Part shown: in pieces, positions 1 to 10,468 of the stretch | Position numbering within the stretch: the first letter of the stretch is position 1 | Layout: the number at the start of each line of letters is the position of its first letter | Source of the DNA: Candidatus Bathyarchaeota archaeon | GTDB lineage: Archaea > Thermoproteota > Bathyarchaeia > Bathyarchaeales > Bathycorpusculaceae | Reading direction: 5' to 3' | NCBI GenBank assembly: GCA_963775685.1 | Contig: CAVZJV010000005.1 | Coordinates: forward strand, 32,001-96,000 | Length of the DNA: 64,000 nt | Position numbers and translations under genes: made by a program | Notes under the pieces: generated by a model | Databases searched by the model: none | Told to the model about the DNA's origin: nothing | What the model saw: the letters and a program-made list of their open reading frames with translations, nothing else

Positions 1-2463
1 ATCAATAATCCTCCACCAGATGCAAGCCGGAGTTATGGCGATAGATGGGAAAATTTTAAGATAACAGTTACAAATCCAGATGGAACTACTGAAACTTTGG
101 GTCCATTTACATCTGACGATACAGGAGGCACACATTCTGATTTCGTTCCCGCTCAACTTGGCAACTACAGCTTCTTCTTCAGTTTTCCAGGACAAACCTT
201 AGCGGGCAACAACCTTGATCCGACATCAGGCGGCACGGCAGCTTACCCCAACATCGGTGACTATTATCTACCAAGCAACGCTTCTACAACACTTACAGTC
301 CAAGAGACAGCCACTCCAGCTATTCCTCAGAATCCTATTCCGACAAGCTACTGGACTCGTCCAATAGAATCCGTTAACCAATATTGGTATAGCGTTAGCG
401 GAAACTGGCTAGGACTGGCCGCTTCGACTTTTTCCACCACCGGACAGTATAACGCTTCTGGAAACTATAACCCCTACACTACGGCACCAACAACAGCTCA
501 TTTGCTATGGACAAGACCCGCAGCACCCGGTGGCTTGATTGGAGGCGAATTTGGTGCAACCCAAACAAGCAATTTCAACGCACCTCAACAGTACCAACCA
601 AAATTTGCGCCAGTAATTATGAACGGCATATTATACTATGAGCAATATCCCAATGCTCAATCCACTCCAGAAGGATGGGTTGCAGTAAACTTACATACGG
701 GACAAACGCTTTGGACTATAAATCCCAACGCAGATCTATTATGTGGTCAGCTGCTTGATTATGTAACGCCCAACCAATACGGAGCCCTGACGTACCTGTG
801 GGGTATTTCTCCCACGACAGCTCATGGAGCAGTAGGAAGCGTAGTGCACCCAAACACCGCACCGAACACAGGCACTACATACACTCTATATGACGCGACC
901 ACAGGAAACTACGTTCTCAGTATTGTCAACGGCACTGGCATGACGGTTACAGAAGATGAAAATGGAAATCTGATAGGTTACTACGTAAACTCTGTAGCTG
1001 GAAAACGGATGTTGAACATGTGGAACTCAACACAATGCATTGACAAACTTAACCCTGCCACTCCAGGATACTCATATGCTAAACAATCTGAATGGTACTG
1101 GGAACCAATTCAAGATGACGTCATTCCATTTAGTTATGGCTTACAATGGTCAGTACCAGTGGCTATGGATATATCAGGCGTTGCATTGCCGGGGAATCTA
1201 GGTTTAAGCAGTTCCTCTATTGGTGAGAGCGGTGTTATATTGATGACTGCAGCAGCAACTGGCGGAACAGGAAGTTTCCAAATCGGCTATCAAATCGAAG
1301 CAGGCTACGACCTAACTACAGGTGCACAGCTTTGGATAACTAACCGAACCGAAACACCTAACACAAGATTATATACTCTCCCAGCTACAGCAGGAAATTA
1401 TGCTGAAGTCAACTACAATACTGCAGCAGTCAACGGTTATAGCATGAAGACAGGACAACAAGTGTGGGGTCCAATTACATTGCCAAATTCGAATCCATAC
1501 GACAGCCTAGGCGGGTATCAAGCAGTTTCAGCTAACGGCACCTGTTACATGTGGGGCTTTGGAGGAACCATATATGCTATCGACATGGCAACAGGAGACA
1601 TAGCCTGGCACACAACGACAGAGCAAATAAGTGGTCCCTCAGGGTCGGACACTCCTTATGGTACGTGGCCGCTTTGGACCTTTACCGTCGGTTCAGTAGC
1701 TGGAGGAATGCTATTTGTTCCAGAAGGCCATCAGTACAGTCCGCCGATGTTCCGAGGAGCCAGCCAACTAGCTATAAACTTAACTAATGGAGAACTAGTG
1801 TGGAGTATGCTGGGATTTGACGTTACTAGTGGACCAGCAATTGCCGATGGCGTAATGACGGCATTCAATTCTTATGACAACCAAATATATGCATATGGCA
1901 TGGGACCAACCCAAACAACTGTTACTGCACCTAACGTGGGAGTAACAACTGCTACACCTATAACGATAAGCGGCACTGTTATGGACATCTCCGCAGGCGC
2001 AAAGCAAGAAGCAGTAGCTGCAAACTTCCCCAATGGCCTTCCCTGTGTTTCTGACGCAAGCATGACTGACTGGATGGAATATGTCTATATGCAGCAGCAG
2101 TGTCCAGCCAACGTCACAGGTGCACAGGTTACTTTGAATGTCTATGATGCTAATGGCAACTATCGACAAATCGGCACGGCTACAAGTGATTCTTCAGGAA
2201 TGTTCGCTTTGACTTGGACTCCAGATATTTCCGGCGATTATACAGTATATGCTTCATTTGCAGGTTCGCAGTCCTACTACAGTTCTTCTGCTGAAGCAGC
2301 ATTCCACGCCTCCGAACCAGCTCCAACAATAGCACCAACTACAACATCATCATCAAATGCAGCAACTACCGCTGATATATTGATGTATACAATGGGTGCA
2401 GCAGTCGCTATTATCATAGCAATGGCAATAGCAACTGTGTTTATCATAAAGAAACGGCCGTAA
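1..2463 (+). CDS. Secreted PQQ-binding-like beta-propeller protein with C-terminal Ig-like domain and membrane anchor (5'-partial)
   Basis: Frame 1 is open from base 1 (INNPPPDASRSYGDRWENF...). Repeated 'A.D..TG...W' blades, a Thr/Ser/Pro linker, a C-terminal TM helix and a KKRP tail. Confidence 0.85.
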   Translation: MNNPPPDASRSYGDRWENFKITVTNPDGTTETLGPFTSDDTGGTHSDFVPAQLGNYSFFFSFPGQTLAGNNLDPTSGGTAAYPNIGDYYLPSNASTTLTVQETATPAIPQNPIPTSYWTRPIESVNQYWYSVSGNWLGLAASTFSTTGQYNASGNYNPYTTAPTTAHLLWTRPAAPGGLIGGEFGATQTSNFNAPQQYQPKFAPVIMNGILYYEQYPNAQSTPEGWVAVNLHTGQTLWTINPNADLLCGQLLDYVTPNQYGALTYLWGISPTTAHGAVGSVVHPNTAPNTGTTYTLYDATTGNYVLSIVNGTGMTVTEDENGNLIGYYVNSVAGKRMLNMWNSTQCIDKLNPATPGYSYAKQSEWYWEPIQDDVIPFSYGLQWSVPVAMDISGVALPGNLGLSSSSIGESGVILMTAAATGGTGSFQIGYQIEAGYDLTTGAQLWITNRTETPNTRLYTLPATAGNYAEVNYNTAAVNGYSMKTGQQVWGPITLPNSNPYDSLGGYQAVSANGTCYMWGFGGTIYAIDMATGDIAWHTTTEQISGPSGSDTPYGTWPLWTFTVGSVAGGMLFVPEGHQYSPPMFRGASQLAINLTNGELVWSMLGFDVTSGPAIADGVMTAFNSYDNQIYAYGMGPTQTTVTAPNVGVTTATPITISGTVMDISAGAKQEAVAANFPNGLPCVSDASMTDWMEYVYMQQQCPANVTGAQVTLNVYDANGNYRQIGTATSDSSGMFALTWTPDISGDYTVYASFAGSQSYYSSSAEAAFHASEPAPTIAPTTTSSSNAATTADILMYTMGAAVAIIIAMAIATVFIIKKRP

Positions 2464-2500
2464 AAAAATCCCAAAAATCCTTTCCCTTTTTTTATTTTTT
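2464..2500 (+). terminator. Archaeal oligo-T terminator
   Basis: cctttccctttttttatttttt directly after the stop codon. Confidence 0.55.
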
Positions 2501-2698
2501 GAAGCTATAAGCCGAGGAAGTGTTGAGTTTTGGGAAATTATTTGATTTCCTGGTTAATTTCGGTGGATCTTGTAGGGGAAAGTTTTCTGATTATCAGTTT
2601 TTATGAAAACGCCTGAGCACAATCCTCAAGCAAGTTACTAAATTAAGTAATCACAAAAGCTGGTAATCTTAAAAAAAGGTTGGAAGATTGTTGGTCTT

Positions 2699-3022
2699 TT
2701 ACCATCCCATACAAGGACCGTACCCATATCCATAACCATTGCCATAGTAGCTGCCTTGGTATGGTTGGTAGGGTGCTGGAGCTGGACTATTTGTTGCCGC
2801 TGGTGGGGCAACGTATTGGTTGGTATATGGTTGGTTGGCTCTGAAGCCAAAGCAACTACCTAACCAGCCCCAGAAGCCAGGGTTTGGTGCCGCAGTGTTT
2901 GGGTCTGTGGTCGTGGTAGGGTAGGGTTGGTTTTGGGCTATTTGGGCTGCTGCCAATCCAATTATGGATAGGGTTAATGCCGAGATAGCAAATAGGGCAA
3001 TTATGATTTTTGTTTTTTGCAT
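2699..3022 (-). CDS. Small secreted low-complexity protein (Pro/Gln/Tyr/Gly-rich, ends GYGYGPCMGW)
   Basis: N-terminal signal/TM helix; GGTGA ribosome-binding site upstream of the ATG. Confidence 0.75.
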   Translation of the reverse strand: MQKTKIIIALFAISALTLSIIGLAAAQIAQNQPYPTTTTDPNTAAPNPGFWGWLGSCFGFRANQPYTNQYVAPPAATNSPAPAPYQPYQGSYYGNGYGYGYGPCMGW

Positions 3023-3072
3023 TTGTTTATCACCATATTACAATATGTGCATGGAGGCTTATGGGGGTTGCC

Positions 3073-3107
3073 TGAAACAAAACTGAAACAGTTAATGAAA
3101 CAGTTTT
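3073..3107. promoter_or_regulatory. Three TGAAACA direct repeats, with an internal AACTG-aaa-CAGTT palindrome, upstream of the 2699..3022 gene
   Basis: TGAAACA at 3073, 3084 and 3096 (11-12 bp spacing). Confidence 0.4.
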
Positions 3108-3428
3108 TTCCATAACATAATTATCAATTTTCCTTCAAAACTACCTATTACCAAAAAATTTTTTCCCACACCATTAATTCTTTTACAATCCCGCATTCTT
3201 ATAGAAGCATCAATTGGCAAATTCCTTTCATTTAAAACATGTTATAGAGAGCTCATAGGAAATGCGTTATGATTTTTTACCATAATGTTTTTAGGTTTTA
3301 GATGTCGAGTATGACTTTAAGTAGGTTAAATCAGTTGAAATCAATTCGAATTGCAATTCTAAATCTTGATAAGATTTCGAAGGATTTGGTGTTGCGTTAA
3401 GATAGTTTGGTTGTTGGGACGGATTTTC

Positions 3429-4357
3429 GTGAGTAAAAATTTGAATGTTTTGGTTACTGGTGGTGCCGGTTTTATAGGTAGTCATTTTATTGACAAGTTA
3501 ATTTATGAAGGTTATGATGTTAGTGTGCTTGATAATTTGTCGATGGGTAAGCTTGAAAATATAGCAGGATCATTTAAAGTCGGGAAAAGTCGAGTTTATG
3601 CGAAGGAGACATACGTGACATTGCGGTCGTAACCGATTGTTTAGACGATGTCGACATAGTTGTTCATTTTGCTGCTCAGACTAGTGTTACTTTTTCAGTT
3701 AACAATCCCGACCTAACTTTTGACATTAATGCGCTCGGTACTCAAAATTTATTGAAGACCTGCGTGAAAAAAAATGTTGGTAAGTTTATTTTTGCTTCTA
3801 CGTGCGCCGTTTATGGTGATCCTGAGTCTTTACCCGTTGATGAGTCTTGCAGAACTAATCCGATTTCGCCTTATGCCGAATCGAAATTGATGGGGGAGCG
3901 CTATTGTTTAGATTTTCACGAGCAAAAACTGTTGCAGTCAGTCGTTTTACGTTTCTTTAATGTTTATGGGTCTAGGCAGGGCTTAAATGACTATAGTGGA
4001 GTTATAACACGATTTATTGACCGTGCAAAAAGAAACGAGCCTCTGATTGTCTATGGCGATGGTCTGCAGACTAGAGATTTTGTTAATGTGGCTGACATTG
4101 TTGACGCCGTATTTGCGTCTATGAATAGTTCCAAGGCTGCTGGTGAAATTGTTCAAATTGGGTCTGGAAAAGCGACTTCGATCAGTGAATTGGCGAAAAC
4201 CGTTTTAGAGTTAGTTGGAGTAGACTCAGGGATTTCTTATTTACCATCTCGGGCTGGTGACATTAAAGAAAGTTATGCGGATATTTCTAAGGCAAAGAGA
4301 GTTTTGGGTTATGAGCCCAAAGTTTCGTTGAGAGAGGGCTTGAAAGATCTGCTTTAA
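3429..4357 (+). CDS. NAD-dependent epimerase/dehydratase (UDP-glucose 4-epimerase-like extended SDR); two apparent +1 frameshifts near 3564 and 3601
   Basis: VLVTGGAGFIGSH; after repair EGDIRD...VVHFAAQTSV; also ASTCAVYG, YAESK, LRFFNVYG and RDFVNV. Confidence 0.9.
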
Positions 4358-4446
4358 CTTCTGGGTTCTATGCACATAATTAATATGTTGGAAGCAGCCA
4401 TTAACCGTTAATTTAGATATAACGAAAAATTAATCAGGTTAATAGT

Positions 4447-6375
4447 ATGCCGCTGATAGAGCGTCTAGACAAGAAAAAGATGGTTATTTGGGCAGTTGAA
4501 TTCACGCTTGTCATTTGCGTAACTTATTCCTTATTCTACATGGCAAGTTTTTTTGGTTTGTCCTTTTTTGTTTTGACCAACAGAAGCATGGCTGAACACG
4601 TTGTAGGCGGCGGCATCATTTCAGGCTTCTTGGGACACTGCTGTTTGGGCTGGCAGCATTTTCGTTATTTTGGCTTGGCTTTTCTACAATGTTATTTCAA
4701 AAGAAATTGGACCCCACTGGCGGTTGTTTTGGATTGGGGGGTTTTTGGTGTTTATGTGTGGTTTGGTTGTTTGGGTGTGCTTTACTGTTTTAGGTGTGAT
4801 AGCCTTGGCATCTTTAGTTTTAGTTAGTTCGTTACTTTTGAGTCTCTGTTTATTGTTTTCTTTAGACTTTTTCGGAGTTAATCGGAAGAGCCTGACTTTA
4901 AACGCGATGCTTTTTGGGGTGTTAGTCATTTTATTATTCGAGATGGCGAGTTTTGTCTTGTTTAGTGTTCCTGTTTCTTTGGGTTTGGCCGCTGGGGGTT
5001 TAGGTTTTCATTGGAGCGGAGTAGAGTTGGCTTTTGCGAATTTGGGGTATCCCTTTTTGCCCTATGTTTATTTTTTATTTGTTCTATTGGGCTTTGTCGG
5101 TTTGATTTTTCGACTGTTGCCTCGGGCCTGGTTGTGGTTGGATCGTAGAATTAGGGGTCGAGGGTTTGGTCGTTTTAGCGATATGTTTGAATTAGATGAT
5201 GGCGATTTTGGATTTTTAAACGGACGGTTGGTTGTTGTTTTGGCTGTTGTAGGTTCAGCGGTTATTTCTTGTTTATTTGTTTTGTTCACGGTCTTATCCA
5301 GAAACAATCCTACCGGTATGTTGGTTAGTGTGGATTCCCCAATCTATTATAGCTGGATTACTCATATGCAGAGTGTTGATGTTAATTCTGCTTTGTCTTT
5401 TGCTTTCAGGTAACGATAGAGCGCTTTTTTTGGTTCTATGTTATGCCCTATCAGCTTTCATTCCGACAATTACTGTAATTCAGTTTGTCGCAGCATTGCT
5501 AATTGTATTGTTTGGGTTTGTTTCTTTGTTAGTTTTGCGCTTGTTTAGTAAAGATAGAGTGGTTTGGGTTTTTGGTGTTTTGTTGGTTCCTTTTTCATTT
5601 CAAAGCTTAGGCTTGATTTATTCTGGCTATTTTGCAAATATGCTTGCCCTTATTTTGATTTGCGTATATGTGGTATTATTCTTTAGAGTTCTTAGTTGCC
5701 TGGTCAAGTTTAGGCTTCTTTTCTTTGCTAGTTGCATCTGTGCTTGTTTTATTTTCTCATTCTTGGACCTGGTTTATTTTTGCATTTACACTGGGCGTTT
5801 TCTTGTTACTCCAATGGCGACTAGCTGCTCGTGACAGAGGCTTGTGGAGCCGATTTAAAATTCAGGCAATTTTAATCTCTTCATCGATAGGGGTGGGCTT
5901 GCTTAGTGATTTAATGCGTAAATTGATATCTCCTATTTCTTCAGTTACTTCTGTCATTGGAACTGCACAGTCAAGCTTTGGGTTTCCAAATGCCGCCTTC
6001 ATCCTAAGCGGGTTGCGACAGGCGGTTGATTTTACTTTAGGCGGGGTTTTTTCTAATCAACTTTTCGTTTTTCTGTCGATTGTCGGGTTCTTGGTATTGT
6101 TAAAGTTTAAATCTGAGGTCTCTAACTTTTTTGTTGCTTGGATTTTTGTGGTTTGCGTCTCTATTTTATTTGCAGGAGGAGATTTTATTTTTGATAGATT
6201 TTTGTTTTTATTTCCTTGGATAGCTTTGTCTAGTTTGGGGTTGTTTTTTGTTGTTCGTCTTGTTGGAGCTCATTTTGGAGGATGGAGGGGTTGGCAGGTT
6301 TTGGTTTTGACATTGGTTTTCTTGGTTCTTTTGAATGGGAGCCTGAGGTTTATTTTTAACATTAATGTTTGGTAG
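4447..6375 (+). CDS. Multi-pass membrane protein, possibly GT-C-like; split into four ORFs by three +1 frameshifts
   Basis: ORFs 4447/4670/5277/5668 join into one continuous hydrophobic protein with an extracellular 'VSVDSPIYYSW' loop and a late 'DRFLF' motif. Confidence 0.7.
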
Positions 6376-6471
6376 CGTTTTCTTGTTGAACAGTTTGAAA
6401 TATTTATTTTAGATTCATAAACCTTTTAAATTGAATATTATGATATAAGTCGCATTATTGGGGAAGAAATA

Positions 6472-7092
6472 ATGTTAAGTAAATCAAAATTAGGTGTCAT
6501 TTCAATAATTGCTGTACTTATGCTTTCACTATCCGCAAGCTTAGCAACAGCACAATACACAACGCAAAAAACCAGCAATATCGCCCTTTCTTCTGACGGA
6601 ACATGTACAATATGTGAAGCTGATCTGGGTATAACATACGTGGTACAGGGCACAGCAGGAGCTACAGGAACTGTAACTGCTGCAGTCTATAATGGCAATC
6701 CTCAACCTACTGCTGAAGTCCCAAATGGGATCGCATTGACCCATTTCGTTGTTGTCACTTTCGATATGGCTGCAACTGATTTCTCTCAGGCAACAATAAC
6801 TCTAACCTACACTGATTCTGACGTAGCAAACTTAAAAGCGCCTTACTCAGTTTTCAAGTACGTTCCAGAGACACAAAGTTATGTCGAACTGCCATCAACA
6901 GTGGATACTGCTGCTAAGACCATAACCGTTACCCTGACCAGCGTCAATGATCCTTTGTTAGCCATAGGTGGATCCAGTAGTGCAAGTACATCGGAACCCA
7001 TTACGATGTGGACTTGGATAGCTGTGACAGGTGCTGTTGTCATCGCAATCATGATTGTTGCATTCGGAATCACAAGATATCGCCGCAAATAA
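6472..7092 (+). CDS. Secreted, membrane-anchored beta-sandwich surface protein (PGF-pre-PGF-like)
   Basis: Signal peptide; ATITLTYTD...YVELPSTVDTAAKTITVT; C-terminal TM helix followed by RYRRK. Confidence 0.75.
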   Translation: MLSKSKLGVISIIAVLMLSLSASLATAQYTTQKTSNIALSSDGTCTICEADLGITYVVQGTAGATGTVTAAVYNGNPQPTAEVPNGIALTHFVVVTFDMAATDFSQATITLTYTDSDVANLKAPYSVFKYVPETQSYVELPSTVDTAAKTITVTLTSVNDPLLAIGGSSSASTSEPITMWTWIAVTGAVVIAIMIVAFGITRYRRK

Positions 7093-7120
7093 AGAAATAA
7101 TTCCGCTATCCTTTCAATCT

Positions 7121-7153
7121 GTTCGGACCCCCTCCGAACTGAACCCCCTTTTT
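7121..7153 (+). terminator. Hairpin plus T-tract terminator
   Basis: GTTCGGA-ccccc-TCCGAAC stem-loop followed by ccccctttttt. Confidence 0.5.
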
Positions 7154-7982
7154 GTTCTTAAAATCTTGCTTTATGTTTTGTTGTTGTAATTTGCACGTAG
7201 CGCCATATTCTTAATTGTCTATTTTGCTTTTTTTAATTTGGGTGAATTAGCTTGTGTTTTCAATTATGAAAATTTTGGAAAAAAAGAGTTTTGGCTGATA
7301 GAGTTGACTAATGTGAGAATTTAGACGGTTTATCGTATTCGGAGTGAACTTCTCAAATACTTTAGCTATAACGCATATCTGTAATACTTAGTGTCAATGT
7401 TTGCCCGAAATCATCAAATCGTTATTTAATTGAATTTAACCAGTTCATATAACACCAAAAGCTTTCTTTTCGATTTCAATCATAACCTTAACATTGTTAT
7501 ATGAAGCTTGGGATTTCTTGAGGCACAGGATTAACATCACTTAAAAGAAAGTATTAATTTAGGTTTTAGTTCTTTGATTCAGGTATTCTGTCATTCTGTG
7601 TTTTTGTTCACTTTTGTGATTTGATTAATGGCGATAGATTAGAGCAAATTTGAATTTGTGATTGTTTAGTTTTGTAATCCTTTATAGGTGAATTATTTGT
7701 TCTTGATCACTTGAAAGCTTTTGAATAATCGTTGGTTTTGTTGTTTTCATTTGTTTTTTGGTTTATTCTTGTTGTTCAGGTTCTGGTGTTTTTAAGCTCG
7801 CCTTAAATTAAAATAAAATTTTATAAACTTCCGTATTCTTTCATTCATAATCAATTAATTTTTGGATATTCCAACAAAATACATCAAAGTTGATGATTCC
7901 TTTTTGTTTATTGTTAAATCATAATGCTTTTAAGTATTTTACGTAAATGTGGTGTCTCATGAGAGAGGACGGAGGGTTAACG

Positions 7983-8345
7983 ATGAAGAGAGGCATCAAC
8001 AGTTTAGTTTCAATAACTAACATTGCTGCAGCCAAGAAAAAAGCCCTCAGACACGGCCTATGGTTTAGAACTCTCAACCGATTAGAACGCGGCATCATGG
8101 ACCTCACCGTAAGATACGTCGACAGCATCAAAAGCAAAAAGTTGGTCAAAGTGTTAACGACCATAATGAAAAAGCTACAGTCTGCCAAGGACAGCGCAAT
8201 AGATAAGATGGTTGGGAATGTGGGCTTGCCCTTAGCCCGAAAAATCAGTAAAATAGCAGTCAATTGGGGGAACCTCGCAGCATCCGCATGGGCTGACGAT
8301 CAAAACTTTGCAATATTCTTATCAGTTAATTTTGCCAAAACATAG
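7983..8345 (+). CDS. Conserved archaeal hypothetical basic protein heading the glycosyltransferase operon
   Basis: KALRHGLWFRTLNRLERGIMDLT motif; GGAGGG ribosome-binding site before the ATG at 7983. Confidence 0.75.
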   Translation: MKRGINSLVSITNIAAAKKKALRHGLWFRTLNRLERGIMDLTVRYVDSIKSKKLVKVLTTIMKKLQSAKDSAIDKMVGNVGLPLARKISKIAVNWGNLAASAWADDQNFAIFLSVNFAKT

Positions 8346-8368
8346 ACAGTGTATTAGAGGATTAAGGT

Positions 8369-9340
8369 TTGGTTTTAACCACTAGCCAACCCGATGTGGC
8401 GCTAATTAATTCCGATGTTACTGACTTGCAGGAAACATTAGTAGTTGTGGGAATTCCAGCTTACAACGAAGAAAAAACAATCGCACGAGTAGTTTTAGAA
8501 GCCAAAAAGTATGCCGATATCGTCGTAGTCTGCGATGACGGCTCAGCAGACATGACAAAACAAATTGCCGAACGCATGGGCGCTGACGTTGTTCGTCATG
8601 AACAAAATTCAGGTTATGGCGCTGCAATACAAACTTTGTTTAAGCGTGCAAAAGAACTAAGAGCAAACGTGCTAGTAACACTAGATGGGGATGGACAACA
8701 CGACCCTGAAGAAATCCAGCAATTAATCAAGCCGATCCTAACCGGCAATGCAGAAGTCGTTTTAGGTAGCCGATTCATGAATGAATGCGGCACTGCCGAC
8801 ATGCCATTCTACAGAAAAATAGGCATAAAAGTCGTGACAAAGCTGGCTAATGGCTCTGGAAAAAATAGAGTCACCGATTCTCAAAGCGGATTCCGAGCAT
8901 ATGGAAAGCAAGCCATAGAGAGTCTGTCTATGTCTGAGAATGGAATGAGCGCAAGCGTCGAAATTTTGCGTGCCATAGGAAAATCAGGTTTAAAGATATG
9001 TGAGGTCCCCATATCCTGTAAATACGCCGATAGTGTTGGAGTAGAAACTTCAACTGAAAACCCCGTTACACACGGAGTCGGCCTAATAATGTCTATTGTC
9101 AAACTTGTCGTCGAAGACAAACCCCTAATGCTTCTTGGATTACCTGGAATAGCATCTTTGATTATGGGTGCTTTGCTTGGGGTATGGTTAATGAACCTAT
9201 ACGTCGATTTAGGCAGAATAGTCACAAACGTTGCTTTAGCATCAATAGGTTTTCTAATACTAGGGTGCTTTATGCTATCAACTGCTATAACTTTGTATGG
9301 TCTAAAACGTTTAAGTCAGAGAATAGAAAAGAAGGCGTGA
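8369..9340 (+). CDS. GT2 glycosyltransferase, dolichol-phosphate-sugar synthase-like, with two C-terminal TM helices
   Basis: IPAYNEE, DDGS.D, TLDGDGQHDP, GSRF and DSQSGFRA. Confidence 0.92.
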   Translation: MVLTTSQPDVALINSDVTDLQETLVVVGIPAYNEEKTIARVVLEAKKYADIVVVCDDGSADMTKQIAERMGADVVRHEQNSGYGAAIQTLFKRAKELRANVLVTLDGDGQHDPEEIQQLIKPILTGNAEVVLGSRFMNECGTADMPFYRKIGIKVVTKLANGSGKNRVTDSQSGFRAYGKQAIESLSMSENGMSASVEILRAIGKSGLKICEVPISCKYADSVGVETSTENPVTHGVGLIMSIVKLVVEDKPLMLLGLPGIASLIMGALLGVWLMNLYVDLGRIVTNVALASIGFLILGCFMLSTAITLYGLKRLSQRIEKKA

Positions 9341-9441
9341 AAAATAAAACTGCTGGCGATCAGTGATTCAATTCAAACCTTGTCAAGGGTAAGACTATTC
9401 AAAGTATATATGAACTAAAGATTGCGGTCTCGGTAGTCGTT

Positions 9442-10377
9442 GTGGTAAAAAACGGTGAGACTACAATAGAGCAATGTCTTAATTCAGTATTGCAACAAGA
9501 ACTAGATTACCCCTTCGAGGTGATTGTTGTTGACGGTGGTTCAACGGATAGCACAACCGACAAAGTCCAGCAATACTCTGTTCGTCTCATAAAAGATAAT
9601 AATGGAACCATTGCACACAGCAGAAATGTTGGTATATACTCAGCGATGGGTGAATACATTGCTTTTACTGACTCTGACTGTGTAGTTGAAAAAAATTGGT
9701 TAAAATCACTCATAAACGAGATACAAAGCAGCCCTAATATAGCAGCTGTCGGTGGCCCAAATTTAGTCGGTGATGCTGATCCACCATTCGGGAAAGTAGT
9801 CGGATATATGCAAGGGACATTTTTTGGTTCAGGCGGATCTCCTCAATCATATACAATGGGGAGTGCGCAATACGTTTATTCTCTGCCAAACTGCAATGCC
9901 ATGTACAAAAAAAGCGTTTTTATCGAAGAAACTTTTGATAGCAGTTTTAACGTTGGTGAGGACTGCGAACTAAATTTCAGGCTTAATCAAAGAGGGTATT
10001 CATTTTTGTATATACCCCATATTATTGTTTGGCATCATCGTTCCAAAAATATTAAAAAATTCTTCGAAAAAATGTACAGTTATGGCTATGCTATGGGTAA
10101 GGTTAGCAAAAAGCATAAAAAGCTAGTTCGTTGGTTTGCACCTCTCCCCTCAATTGCATTGATTGCTTTAATCCTTGGCCTGCTCTTGATAGGTACTTTT
10201 CCGATTATTGCTCTGCCCATATTAGCCTCTCTTTTTGTTTATATGGGCGTTCTTTTTTTTTCTACAGCCCAAGTATTTTCAAAATACAGACACAGTAAGT
10301 CATTGCTAGTAATGTTCCTTTTGCCATTACAGCACTTGGCTTATGCGACGGGTTTCCTAAAAAGTATCTTTGTATGA
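9442..10377 (+). CDS. GT2 glycosyltransferase with C-terminal TM helices (true start probably 7-15 codons upstream)
   Basis: VVDGGSTD, FTDSDC and GEDCELN; the in-frame upstream sequence KIAVSVVVV supplies the first beta-strand. Confidence 0.9.
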   Translation: MVKNGETTIEQCLNSVLQQELDYPFEVIVVDGGSTDSTTDKVQQYSVRLIKDNNGTIAHSRNVGIYSAMGEYIAFTDSDCVVEKNWLKSLINEIQSSPNIAAVGGPNLVGDADPPFGKVVGYMQGTFFGSGGSPQSYTMGSAQYVYSLPNCNAMYKKSVFIEETFDSSFNVGEDCELNFRLNQRGYSFLYIPHIIVWHHRSKNIKKFFEKMYSYGYAMGKVSKKHKKLVRWFAPLPSIALIALILGLLLIGTFPIIALPILASLFVYMGVLFFSTAQVFSKYRHSKSLLVMFLLPLQHLAYATGFLKSIFV

Positions 10378-10468
10378 TTTAATGATAAAAATATTGAGCG
10401 AAAAAGCATGAACCTTTCTTATAGTAACTGGGCCTATTTAGCTCTCTTAAAAATGTGAAATAGAAACA

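Noticed and set aside
1-2463. PQQ-dependent dehydrogenase activity
   Set aside because: Only propeller repeats are evident; no recognisable quinoprotein catalytic motifs or PQQ synthesis genes in the window.
7160-7940. Pseudogene or ncRNA in the long AT-rich gap
   Set aside because: The translations I tried gave only short, stop-ridden fragments with no recognisable motif.
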